NCBI GenBank assembly: GCA_963804385.1
Contig: CAWDQD010000004.1
Coordinates: 5,107-69,106 of the forward strand
Reading direction: 5' to 3'
Source: an uncultured Candidatus Micrarchaeota archaeon
Lineage (GTDB): Archaea > Micrarchaeota > Micrarchaeia > Anstonellales > Bilamarchaeaceae
DNA length: 64,000 nucleotides
Part shown: positions 8,851-16,304 of the stretch, one piece after another
Position numbering within the stretch: position 1 is the first letter of the stretch
Layout: each line of letters starts with the position of its first letter
The notes under the pieces: model-generated
What the model saw: the letters and a program-made list of their open reading frames with translations, nothing else
What the model was told of the DNA's origin: nothing
Database searches by the model: none
Made by a program: the position numbers and the translations under genes

Positions 8851-9765
8851 ATGGAAGGCATCAGTTGCGAGAACATCTCCAAGAGCTATGACAATGGCAA
8901 GAAAGCCCTGGATAGCGTCAGCTTCAGATTCAGCGGCAGGGGCATAATATCGATAATAGGCAGGAACGGCGCAGGGAAGACGACCCTGACGCGGATACTC
9001 GCCACGGAGCTGATGCCGAGCGCAGGGAACGCCTCCATAGACGGCATAGACATACTCAAGGATCCAGGCAAGGTGCGTGAGCTGATCGCCATAGTGCCTC
9101 AGGAATCGAGGCCCATCGGATGGCTGACCTGCAAGCAAGCTGTGACGACGTACCTTCTCTATCGCGGCTATAGCTATTCCGAAGCGTCATCGCGGGCATC
9201 CGAGGCGCTCAAAAAGATCGGCATCGAGCAGTACGCCAACAGCCTCGCGCGGCGGCTTTCCGGAGGCACCAAGAGGAAGCTCACGATAGCGACCGTCCTG
9301 GCATCGGATGCGAAGATAATATTCCTGGACGAGCCGACCACAGGTTTGGATCCGATATCCAGGAACGAGCTGTGGAACATGCTCGAGCTGCTCAAGAAGG
9401 ACTACCTGATATTTTTGACCACCCATTACCTTGAGGAAGCGGAGCGGCTCGCCGACAAGATAGGCATAATGGAGATGGGCAATCTCCTGGCCTTCGGTGG
9501 CATGGATGATTTGAGGAAGAAGGTGGACTACGAATACTGCGTGAGGATAAACGACAAGAGGAAAAAATTCGAGCTCAAGGACGGCAAGTATATCACCGGA
9601 AGGGACAACACGGAGCAGATATTCACGAGCAAAAGCGAGGCTTTCGAGATATCGAAGCAGCTGATGAAAGAAGGCGTGTCGTTCTCGTCCAATCCGCTGA
9701 GCCTGGAAGACATATTCTATTACATCGTAAAAATGCGATTGAGTGAGGACTATGAAGAGAAGTAG
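8851..9765 (+). CDS. ABC transporter ATP-binding protein (ABC-2 exporter type)
   Basis: It carries Walker A GRNGAGKTT, the signature LSGGTKRKL and Walker B IIFLDEPTTGLD. Confidence 0.9.
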   Translation: MEGISCENISKSYDNGKKALDSVSFRFSGRGIISIIGRNGAGKTTLTRILATELMPSAGNASIDGIDILKDPGKVRELIAIVPQESRPIGWLTCKQAVTTYLLYRGYSYSEASSRASEALKKIGIEQYANSLARRLSGGTKRKLTIATVLASDAKIIFLDEPTTGLDPISRNELWNMLELLKKDYLIFLTTHYLEEAERLADKIGIMEMGNLLAFGGMDDLRKKVDYEYCVRINDKRKKFELKDGKYITGRDNTEQIFTSKSEAFEISKQLMKEGVSFSSNPLSLEDIFYYIVKMRLSEDYEEK

Positions 9766-10495
9766 GTTCAGCCAGATCATCGCGTCGATACTGGTCAATT
9801 CGCTGTACGCGCTGAAGAACTACCCGGTCACATTGGTGAATTCGCTCCTCGCGCCGATATCCATAATCATAGTCATATTCTTCGTGAGCAAGGGAAGCCT
9901 TGTCGGAGTGGCTATCGAAGGCGGCCTCCTGACAGCCATGATAGGGGCCGGGACCTCGCTCCAGATGGACGTCTCGCATTTCAAGAATGATTTCAAGATC
10001 CAGGACATGGTGGTGAGCTCGCCGACGAGCCAGTTCACGTACATGGTGGGCATGGCGCTCTCGGAAATCGTCGATTCCATTCCCGCGCTGGTAGTGCTCG
10101 GCGTGCTCGCCTTGGTGTTCATCAAGCCCACGATCATGCAGGCGACCACGATAGCCTTCGTGATGCTGATGATGTTCATTTTCTCATCTTCATTGGGATT
10201 TTTGTTCTCGACCTTCACTACGGACATAATCGAGAGCAGGGCGTACCTGGGCATATTCAGCCTGATTCTGACTACAATCCCGCCGATATACTACCCCATA
10301 ACCTACATCCCGATGCCGTTCCAGTATCTAGCGTATCTTTCCCCGACTACGTATGCGGCCGAGATCGTTCAGAACTCGATGGGCTACCTGCAGCTGACCC
10401 CGCTGAACCTGGCCGTGGATTTCATCGTGGTGATAATCGCGGCGTTCGGACTGCTGTTCATCTCTTATAAGCATGCGGTCTGGAGAGATAAGTAA
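9752..10495 (+). CDS. ABC-2 type transporter permease
   Basis: About six TM helices are predicted. It overlaps the 3' end of the ATPase gene. The ATG at 9752 is preferred over the GTG at 9743. Confidence 0.75.
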   Translation: MKRSRFSQIIASILVNSLYALKNYPVTLVNSLLAPISIIIVIFFVSKGSLVGVAIEGGLLTAMIGAGTSLQMDVSHFKNDFKIQDMVVSSPTSQFTYMVGMALSEIVDSIPALVVLGVLALVFIKPTIMQATTIAFVMLMMFIFSSSLGFLFSTFTTDIIESRAYLGIFSLILTTIPPIYYPITYIPMPFQYLAYLSPTTYAAEIVQNSMGYLQLTPLNLAVDFIVVIIAAFGLLFISYKHAVWRDK

Positions 10496-10522
10496 TAAAA
10501 GGGATCGCGGAAAGGTGTATCT

Positions 10523-10807
10523 ATGGTCATGGTACTATCGATTTTGGAAGGGGATTTGCCGCCGGATAAAGCGGCCAAGCTCGAAGCGAATTTCGCGGAA
10601 TACGTTAAAACACTCGAACCTGGGATTGTGCAGACGTCCTTCATCAAGAACGGGGCCAAATGCAAGGTCATAACGCTCTGGGAGAGCAAGGAAGCCCTGA
10701 CCGCGATGAAAGTCAAGGGAACCCCGAAGAGCGTGCTGCTGTTCAGGTATGCCGGAGTAGAGCCGGCGCTATTGGTTTACGATGTCGTGAATTCGAAGGC
10801 GAAATGA
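10523..10807 (+). CDS. small alpha/beta-barrel (ABM-like) protein, tentative
   Basis: The 94-aa size and the hydrophobic/charged pattern fit the fold, but there is no decisive motif. Confidence 0.4.
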   Translation: MVMVLSILEGDLPPDKAAKLEANFAEYVKTLEPGIVQTSFIKNGAKCKVITLWESKEALTAMKVKGTPKSVLLFRYAGVEPALLVYDVVNSKAK

Positions 10808-10817
10808 GGTGTTTTGA

Positions 10818-11198
10818 ATGGGGAACGTAGCTTATTTCGAGATACCGTCTGAAGATGTCGAGAGGGCGAAGAAATTCTATGCTGGCGTATTCGGCTGGGA
10901 CATAAGGAAAAGCCCGATGCCTGAGATGCCGGATTATACGATGATCAACACCGGCAAGACGACCGTCGAGGACGGCATGGGCCAGCTGAACATGGGTGGC
11001 ATCACGAAGCGGGCGTTCCCCGGGCAGCCGATAACTAACTACATCGAGGTCGAAAACATGGACAAGACCCTCGAGCTCGTCAAGAAGATGGGCGGCAAGA
11101 CGGTCGGCAAGAAGATGAAGGTCGATACCGTAGGTTTCATGGCCTTCATCAAGGACACCGAAGGCAACGTGATCGGGCTTTGGGAACCGGAGAAATGA
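10818..11198 (+). CDS. VOC family (glyoxalase/bleomycin-resistance fold) protein
   Basis: AYFEIPSEDVERAKKFYAGVFGW and GFMAFIKDTEGNVIGLWEP are typical of the VOC fold. Confidence 0.85.
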   Translation: MGNVAYFEIPSEDVERAKKFYAGVFGWDIRKSPMPEMPDYTMINTGKTTVEDGMGQLNMGGITKRAFPGQPITNYIEVENMDKTLELVKKMGGKTVGKKMKVDTVGFMAFIKDTEGNVIGLWEPEK

Positions 11199-11291
11199 TT
11201 TTTCATTTATTATCGCTGGAAAGTTCGGTTCACGAGATGAGTTAAACGCGTATAACAGCATTTAAATAATGTTTGTTTAACAAGTTATACT

Positions 11292-11549
11292 ATGTCGGAT
11301 TTCTTTGCCGTCCGGAATCTGGACGAGAAAACGAAGCAGGATATACAGCAGTACGCCGAAGAGAAGGACCTGGCGATAGCCGAGGCCATACGGGAGCTCG
11401 TTTTCCTAGCCAAGGCGCACCTTGCCGAGAGACCGAAGAAAAAGTTCCGGAGCATCTTCGAGGTCCTTGACAAGATAAAATTCTCGAGCCCGGATCCGCA
11501 TTTGAGCCAGAATATCGATGCCATACTTTACGGGGCGAAACGCCAATGA
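11292..11549 (+). CDS. vapB: VapB-like antitoxin (ribbon-helix-helix type)
   Basis: This small protein sits directly upstream of the PIN gene and overlaps it by 4 nt. The N-terminal pattern is RHH-like. Confidence 0.65.
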   Translation: MSDFFAVRNLDEKTKQDIQQYAEEKDLAIAEAIRELVFLAKAHLAERPKKKFRSIFEVLDKIKFSSPDPHLSQNIDAILYGAKRQ

Positions 11550-11923
11550 TCGTCCTGGACAGCTCCTTTCTTGTCGCATTATTCCACGAGGGCGACACCT
11601 TGCACGGCCAAGCTTTGGAGGACGCCAGGCAATTCGAATCACGAAGGGAGCGGTTTGTCATCAGCGATAGCGTCCTCGGGGAAACCGCGACTGTCCTTCT
11701 CTATAATGCTGATCTGATTCGCTCGAAAGCGTTCATAGAATACGCGCTCGAGAACTATGATCTCTTCCTTCCGCAAAGGGACGACCTTGCACAGATACTG
11801 GATATCTTCCTTCAGCAGAAAAAAGAGATTAGCGTTGTGGACGCTTCAGTCATCTTTCTTGCCCGGAATCTTCACGGGATCCCGGCCTGTTATGATAAAA
11901 ATCTGTTGAAACATATAATCTAA
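11546..11923 (+). CDS. vapC: PIN-domain toxin VapC
   Basis: The N-terminal MIVLDSSFLVALF provides the first acidic residue, with later conserved acidic positions (VVDAS). The size is 125 aa. Confidence 0.85.
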   Translation: MIVLDSSFLVALFHEGDTLHGQALEDARQFESRRERFVISDSVLGETATVLLYNADLIRSKAFIEYALENYDLFLPQRDDLAQILDIFLQQKKEISVVDASVIFLARNLHGIPACYDKNLLKHII

Positions 11924-12014
11924 AAGAATAATAGAAAATATAAAAGAGATTGAGAATTATGTTCGAGACCATCATATGGGTAAGGATTAAATATTTGTGA
12001 TGGGGAAACATTTT

Positions 12015-12245
12015 ATGGCAAAAGTGAAAGAATACGACGTCATTGTCGAACGGGATGAGGACGGCGTCTATGTCGCGCATGTTCCTGAGCTTCCAGGGTG
12101 CCACACTCAGGGGGAGTCAGTAAAGGATGTCATGAAGAATATCGTCGAAGCGATCGAGCTATATCTCGAATACGTAAAAGACAAGATAGAAAATCCGATG
12201 GAGCTCATCGTTGTCAAGAAGGTCGCTGTCGCGGCGAGATCATGA
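12015..12245 (+). CDS. hicB: HicB-family antitoxin (UPF0150 fold)
   Basis: The motif VAHVPELPGCHTQGES is present. Alternative starts exist at 11997 (GTG) and 12000 (ATG). The stop overlaps the hicA start. Confidence 0.8.
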   Translation: MAKVKEYDVIVERDEDGVYVAHVPELPGCHTQGESVKDVMKNIVEAIELYLEYVKDKIENPMELIVVKKVAVAARS

Positions 12246-12472
12246 AAATCAGACCGATCAAGCATCAACAATTAATCAAACTGCTAGGTTCGATCGGATA
12301 TTTTCCAGTCAGACAAAAAGGCTCGCACCTTATTCTCGAGCACCAAGGAACAAAGAAGATAACGATCATTCCGATTCACTCAAAAGACATCGGAGTCGGG
12401 CTCTTGAGCATGATTTTGAAGGAAGTCGGACTTTCTCGGGATGAATATTTCAAGAAACTGAAAGATATTTAG
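12242..12472 (+). CDS. hicA: HicA-family mRNA interferase toxin
   Basis: MKIRPIKHQQLIKLLGSIGYFPVRQKGSHLILEH is the HicA/YcfA signature, including the catalytic His region. The start is an internal ATG of the listed 124-aa ORF. Confidence 0.85.
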   Translation: MKIRPIKHQQLIKLLGSIGYFPVRQKGSHLILEHQGTKKITIIPIHSKDIGVGLLSMILKEVGLSRDEYFKKLKDI

Positions 12473-12495
12473 AAAAGATAAAAGAGATTGAGAAT

Positions 12496-12810
12496 ATGGT
12501 TGATTCATTATTTAAAAACTTATCTTTGGATCGATGGTACAAACTTTTTGTCTTTCTCGGTATCGTTGGGTTTGTGATAGCTCTAACGATACCGGTTAAA
12601 ACAACCGTTCTTTCAAACAATGGACTAGCCATATTCTCTTTTGGATTATTTTTATTCGGAATCGGAGAATGGAAGACATGGAAACCACGGATTGACACAA
12701 ACTCATCAATTTCATATCTAGAAAAAACGTCCGATGGTGCCGGTGATATAATCCAAATGATTGCAGTATTACTTATGTTGTTATCAATTGTTCTTTCAAT
12801 TGCCATATAA
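12496..12810 (+). CDS. small membrane protein (3 predicted TM helices)
   Basis: The ORF is hydrophobic and sits at the edge of the AT-rich islet. Confidence 0.45.
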   Translation: MVDSLFKNLSLDRWYKLFVFLGIVGFVIALTIPVKTTVLSNNGLAIFSFGLFLFGIGEWKTWKPRIDTNSSISYLEKTSDGAGDIIQMIAVLLMLLSIVLSIAI

Positions 12811-12825
12811 TAAAATATCATCCCA

Positions 12826-12846
12826 GTAAACCCGATTTAGGTTTAC
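12826..12846. repeat. inverted repeat GTAAACC-n7-GGTTTAC
   Basis: I read this directly from the sequence. The same GGTTTACT word recurs as direct repeats at 13001-13008 and 13033-13040. Confidence 0.6.
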
Positions 12847-13000
12847 ATCGTCACAGTATCCCAGAAACAGTTCGAAAGTCCTGTTTTCCATTCTTTTGCC
12901 CAGTTTCGTCCGTGTAAGCCCTATTGCATGGTCAGGATCTACCGGTCAATATCGATATGGTGAACCATGGTGCTGGAATGGCTCAAAACGCTTACTATGC

Positions 13001-13040
13001 GGTTTACTGATACAGTTTAGAATAAGAAAAATGGTTTACT
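13001..13040. repeat. two direct copies of GGTTTACT spaced 32 bp
   Basis: I read this directly from the sequence, in the non-coding stretch downstream (3') of the minus-strand ORF 13050-13376. Confidence 0.6.
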
Positions 13041-13049
13041 AAATAACGG

Positions 13050-13376
13050 TTATTCGAACCATTTATCGCAGGTGGGTCTAACAAACACAACCTGCTCAGT
13101 CACGTTCAGAGTGAATCTTCCAAGACTGATCGCGAACTCAGCCGATTCGCTAGATTGGCCAGCTGGGATGAAGATAGTCCATGATTTGCCGATGTGCTGG
13201 TCTACTAATGTTGAGCCGATCAATCTCTTCATCTGCTCGGAAGTCGGATGAAGCGAATTGAGATCATGTCCAGGTAGGGCGCACACCAGTTTTCCTAATC
13301 CTGTTTCCCGTCGTTGCTGTAATTGCTCCCTCATGTGTACTATTATGTGATGGCAGATATAAAAATATTTCACCAA
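13050..13376 (-). CDS. hypothetical protein (orphan, AT-rich islet)
   Basis: This is only an ORF with no motif recognised. A more likely start is the ATG at 13334 (MREQLQQ...). Confidence 0.35.
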   Translation of the reverse strand: MVKYFYICHHIIVHMREQLQQRRETGLGKLVCALPGHDLNSLHPTSEQMKRLIGSTLVDQHIGKSWTIFIPAGQSSESAEFAISLGRFTLNVTEQVVFVRPTCDKWFE

Positions 13377-13473
13377 AAAGCAGGCGTTTAGGCCTACCTC
13401 CAGATAAGAAACATGTCTGAAAAATGGGTTTAACGTCGATAGAATTACATGGAATAGAATGAAGCTAAAATAG

Positions 13474-13504
13474 TATTAGAAATTCTAATATATACTTATC
13501 TAAC
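13474..13504 (-). promoter_or_regulatory. TATA-like element plus perfect palindrome TTAGAA-a-TTCTAA (copy 1)
   Basis: A roughly 31-bp block is shared with 13998-14030 with 2 mismatches. On the minus strand it reads GTTAGATAAGTATATATTAGAATTTCTAATA. Confidence 0.5.
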
Positions 13505-13523
13505 AGTTTCCAGGGCCTGAAAA

Positions 13524-13880
13524 TCACTGATGCGATTCCGAAAGTATGCCCATGGATCTGAACTCATTTTTCTTTGGTGAACCATCGCTATGTGCGGCTT
13601 GATACTTATTTTCTGCACAGATGAAATCCACACTGGTAAGCCAGGCACCCAGCTTCCTATCTTCCAAAGCTTTCCTCGCCTCTTGGTCACAGGCGGCCTT
13701 GAACTGATTGAATTCTTTTCTTTGCGTTTCACTAATGAGTCGTTGAGGTGGCGGGAAACCGAATTTTACAACCCCCAAGCTCCAAGCGAATGCGAATCCG
13801 ACGATTGCGGTTTTTAAAAGTGGGTGTTTGATCTCTCTGGGTGCTTTGAACCTAGGATTATGAACAGACACATATACCAT
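13524..13880 (-). CDS. hypothetical membrane-anchored protein (orphan)
   Basis: One N-terminal TM helix (TAIVGFAFAWSLGVV) is predicted, and no family is recognised. Confidence 0.4.
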   Translation of the reverse strand: MVYVSVHNPRFKAPREIKHPLLKTAIVGFAFAWSLGVVKFGFPPPQRLISETQRKEFNQFKAACDQEARKALEDRKLGAWLTSVDFICAENKYQAAHSDGSPKKNEFRSMGILSESHQ

Positions 13881-13997
13881 GATTTATTTGCGCTTCGATA
13901 ATATTTAAACCTTCTCTTTATGTCGTTATCAACCACATAATTATCTTACTTACACAATGAAGAGGGTAAACCAGCTCAAAAGAGTTGAATATAAGAT

Positions 13998-14030
13998 ATT
14001 ATTAGAAATTCTAAAATATACTTATATAAC
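13998..14030 (-). promoter_or_regulatory. TATA-like element plus palindrome TTAGAA-a-TTCTAA (copy 2)
   Basis: This is the second copy of the conserved block. On the minus strand it reads GTTATATAAGTATATTTTAGAATTTCTAATAATA. Confidence 0.5.
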
Positions 14031-14047
14031 GTATTTCATGATAGAAA

Positions 14048-15514
14048 CTAGTCATCTATGGAATGCACAACTCTTTCCTCTTTGTTATCCTTTGCGGAGT
14101 ATAAAATGTAATCGAACGGCAGGCTGAGCCCTAGGTCCGGGAGAGTGTCATGATAGCTTGAATTTCCTACGTGCAGATTCTGGTGCGGCAATATCAGAAT
14201 CGATTCACTGGTGCTTTCAGACATCCCCAAGCGCGTGCAGAATTGTCGAAGTGCGTTTCTGACAACGCCGATCGTTGCCTCGGTAGAACCGATTTTCTGA
14301 GAGTCTGTGACTACTTCGTAAACCTTGTCCCGTATCTCGGCTCGCGCTTTCTTCCACCGTTCTACAAGTCCTTGCCGTTGCCTCGGAAGCGCGCGCACGA
14401 CATCTTCCGGAGCCGGCCCTCCCTCGATCGCATTCCGAACAATGGCGCAACCAAGGCTCATCAGGAAAAGCGCCGAATTGGTGAGGGATGGCTTCCCAGT
14501 GCCTTTCAATACATGAGGCGTAAATATCTGCCAGCGCGGGATTTTTGGAAAATATCGTTGTGCGCAATCGCTGACCGAAGATTGGGTGCCGTTGGACAGT
14601 ATCGCAATCAACAGACCACGCTCCAACGTAGCATTGACGATAGATTCCTGCTCTGCGGTGGCATACCAAGCTTCGGGTTTGCTCCCGGAAATTCTTTTTT
14701 GGACTTGGATTCCCATTGCCGAATGGCGCTCATGACACCGTTTTACGTCCCCTTGTCCGAGTTTCTCGATCAAAGGAGCTATGTTGTCCATATCACCGGA
14801 GATAAGTTCGGCTATGGTATAGCAGTTCGCTATGACCCAGCGAGGTACGGAATGCTGGAGCAGATGTGGCATCGTATCTAGAAGCGGATCGGCTTTCCTG
14901 TAATATTCCGTCGATATTTTGGCGACGTAATCTGCTGCTTCATTGCCAAGCCGCTCCTCCAGCCGCTCGATATCATCCCCACATTTGTTTTCTATCATTA
15001 CACTCCTGAATGCTCCGTAGACTACTTCGTTTAGGCCTTTTTTTGGGAGCAGAAGCGTGCCATGGAGGTCGAAACTCGCGCTCCGATAGCTAAGATCCTT
15101 GAGGCGCTCGATGACCTCGGCAGCAGTGCATTCCTCAGCATCATCGTCATTGACCGACGGCAGGATATCGATCGATTCGACATCCCCGTCTTTGGTCCGG
15201 GAATAGAATCGTGAGAAGGACATCGGGTTTGTGGTGACTTGTTCGGCGGTGGATTGATCCGGATTTATGAGGATATGGAAAACCGAGATTGGATTCCTTT
15301 TATCCATGGATTCGGCCGTCTTCACCAATTCTGCCTCGCTGTCTGCGACGACGACCACTCGTGATCTCTGCACGCCTATATATTTGCCCGGGTATCTCTC
15401 AGCCAGGGGTTCCATATTCAGCCGTGCCCACTCATGGTTGCGTTTATTCTCAGCGATTTGTCTCGGGTCAGTTGGCCAGCCTTTTTGCTTATACTTTTCC
15501 TGCAAATGTACCAC
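14048..15514 (-). CDS. two-domain protein: DUF5678-like N-terminus + HAD-superfamily-like domain with substituted catalytic residues
   Basis: The N-terminal segment is ...LAERYPGKYIGVQRSRVVVVADSEAELVKTA... HAD-like motifs are present in the correct order: FDLHGTLL (motif I with the second Asp replaced by His), LIAILSNGTQ (II), KGTGKPS (III) and HVGNSSYHD (IV with Asp replaced by Asn). Confidence 0.55.
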   Translation of the reverse strand: MVHLQEKYKQKGWPTDPRQIAENKRNHEWARLNMEPLAERYPGKYIGVQRSRVVVVADSEAELVKTAESMDKRNPISVFHILINPDQSTAEQVTTNPMSFSRFYSRTKDGDVESIDILPSVNDDDAEECTAAEVIERLKDLSYRSASFDLHGTLLLPKKGLNEVVYGAFRSVMIENKCGDDIERLEERLGNEAADYVAKISTEYYRKADPLLDTMPHLLQHSVPRWVIANCYTIAELISGDMDNIAPLIEKLGQGDVKRCHERHSAMGIQVQKRISGSKPEAWYATAEQESIVNATLERGLLIAILSNGTQSSVSDCAQRYFPKIPRWQIFTPHVLKGTGKPSLTNSALFLMSLGCAIVRNAIEGGPAPEDVVRALPRQRQGLVERWKKARAEIRDKVYEVVTDSQKIGSTEATIGVVRNALRQFCTRLGMSESTSESILILPHQNLHVGNSSYHDTLPDLGLSLPFDYILYSAKDNKEERVVHSIDD

Positions 15515-15582
15515 TAGTTATATTATGTGTAAAAGTGGTATTTAAAAGTAATAGCACTGCGTGTTCGTGTAAGCCGGGGCAA

Positions 15583-15963
15583 TCATTTCTTGCGCGAGAG
15601 GAATCTCTTGATCTCCTCGTCCACGATCGCTTGGGCCTTCTTCCCCTTCTCTATCTCGTCGTATCTTTTCAGGACGGCGCGGAAAACCGCGAGCTTGTCC
15701 GGTAGATCCTCGAGCCGCTCGTCGTTCATTATGAGCTCATTGAGCGGTGGCGGTGGCGAGGAGAGCAGGATCGGTTCGGGGACGTCCACTGGCGGTTCCG
15801 GCTCATCTGGAGGATTTTTTGCTTCCGGCTCGATTTTTTTAATCGGTTCCGCTGCCTTCTTTACTGGAGCCTCGGTTTTCTTGACCGGTTCTTCCTTCTT
15901 GGCCGCTCCGCTCTTCTTCTTCGCAACAGCCTCCTTCAATCTGGACAAACCGCTACCTGCCAT
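15583..15963 (-). CDS. Lys/Glu/Pro-rich low-complexity protein
   Basis: Iterated (E/A)PVKK-type units (EEPVKKTEAPVKKAAEPIKKIEPEAK) are followed by a helical C-terminal part. Confidence 0.45.
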   Translation of the reverse strand: MAGSGLSRLKEAVAKKKSGAAKKEEPVKKTEAPVKKAAEPIKKIEPEAKNPPDEPEPPVDVPEPILLSSPPPPLNELIMNDERLEDLPDKLAVFRAVLKRYDEIEKGKKAQAIVDEEIKRFLSRKK

Positions 15964-15975
15964 TGTTTCACCGGA

Positions 15976-16266
15976 TTATTTCTTGCTTTTTTTGGATTTT
16001 TTCGCGGGTTTCTTCGTCGTAACGCGCTTTTTCGCGCGGGGCTTCACTTTCACGATAGGCTCCGAAGTCACGGAAGCTAGCTTCTGTTTCATCGCTTCGG
16101 CGTGGAACTTGGAATCCAGTTCCGTGGCGACCTTCTCGTAGTCGTCGGCTTTGACCTGTATCGTGTGGTCGTTGCCGCACCTGGTGCAGATGAACCTGCC
16201 CACGACCAAATCTATTGAGCGGGGCATCTTCCCACAACCGGAGCATATCTCGATTGCGTCTTCCAT
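15976..16266 (-). CDS. zinc-ribbon protein with poly-Lys C-terminal tail
   Basis: ICSGCGKM...FICTRCGN forms the zinc ribbon, and the tail is KPRAKKRVTTKKPAKKSKKSKK. The N-terminal domain is paralogous to 18296-18442. Confidence 0.55.
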   Translation of the reverse strand: MEDAIEICSGCGKMPRSIDLVVGRFICTRCGNDHTIQVKADDYEKVATELDSKFHAEAMKQKLASVTSEPIVKVKPRAKKRVTTKKPAKKSKKSKK

Positions 16267-16304
16267 GAACGGCTATTCGACTCTATAAATATAAAAGGAT
16301 TCGC

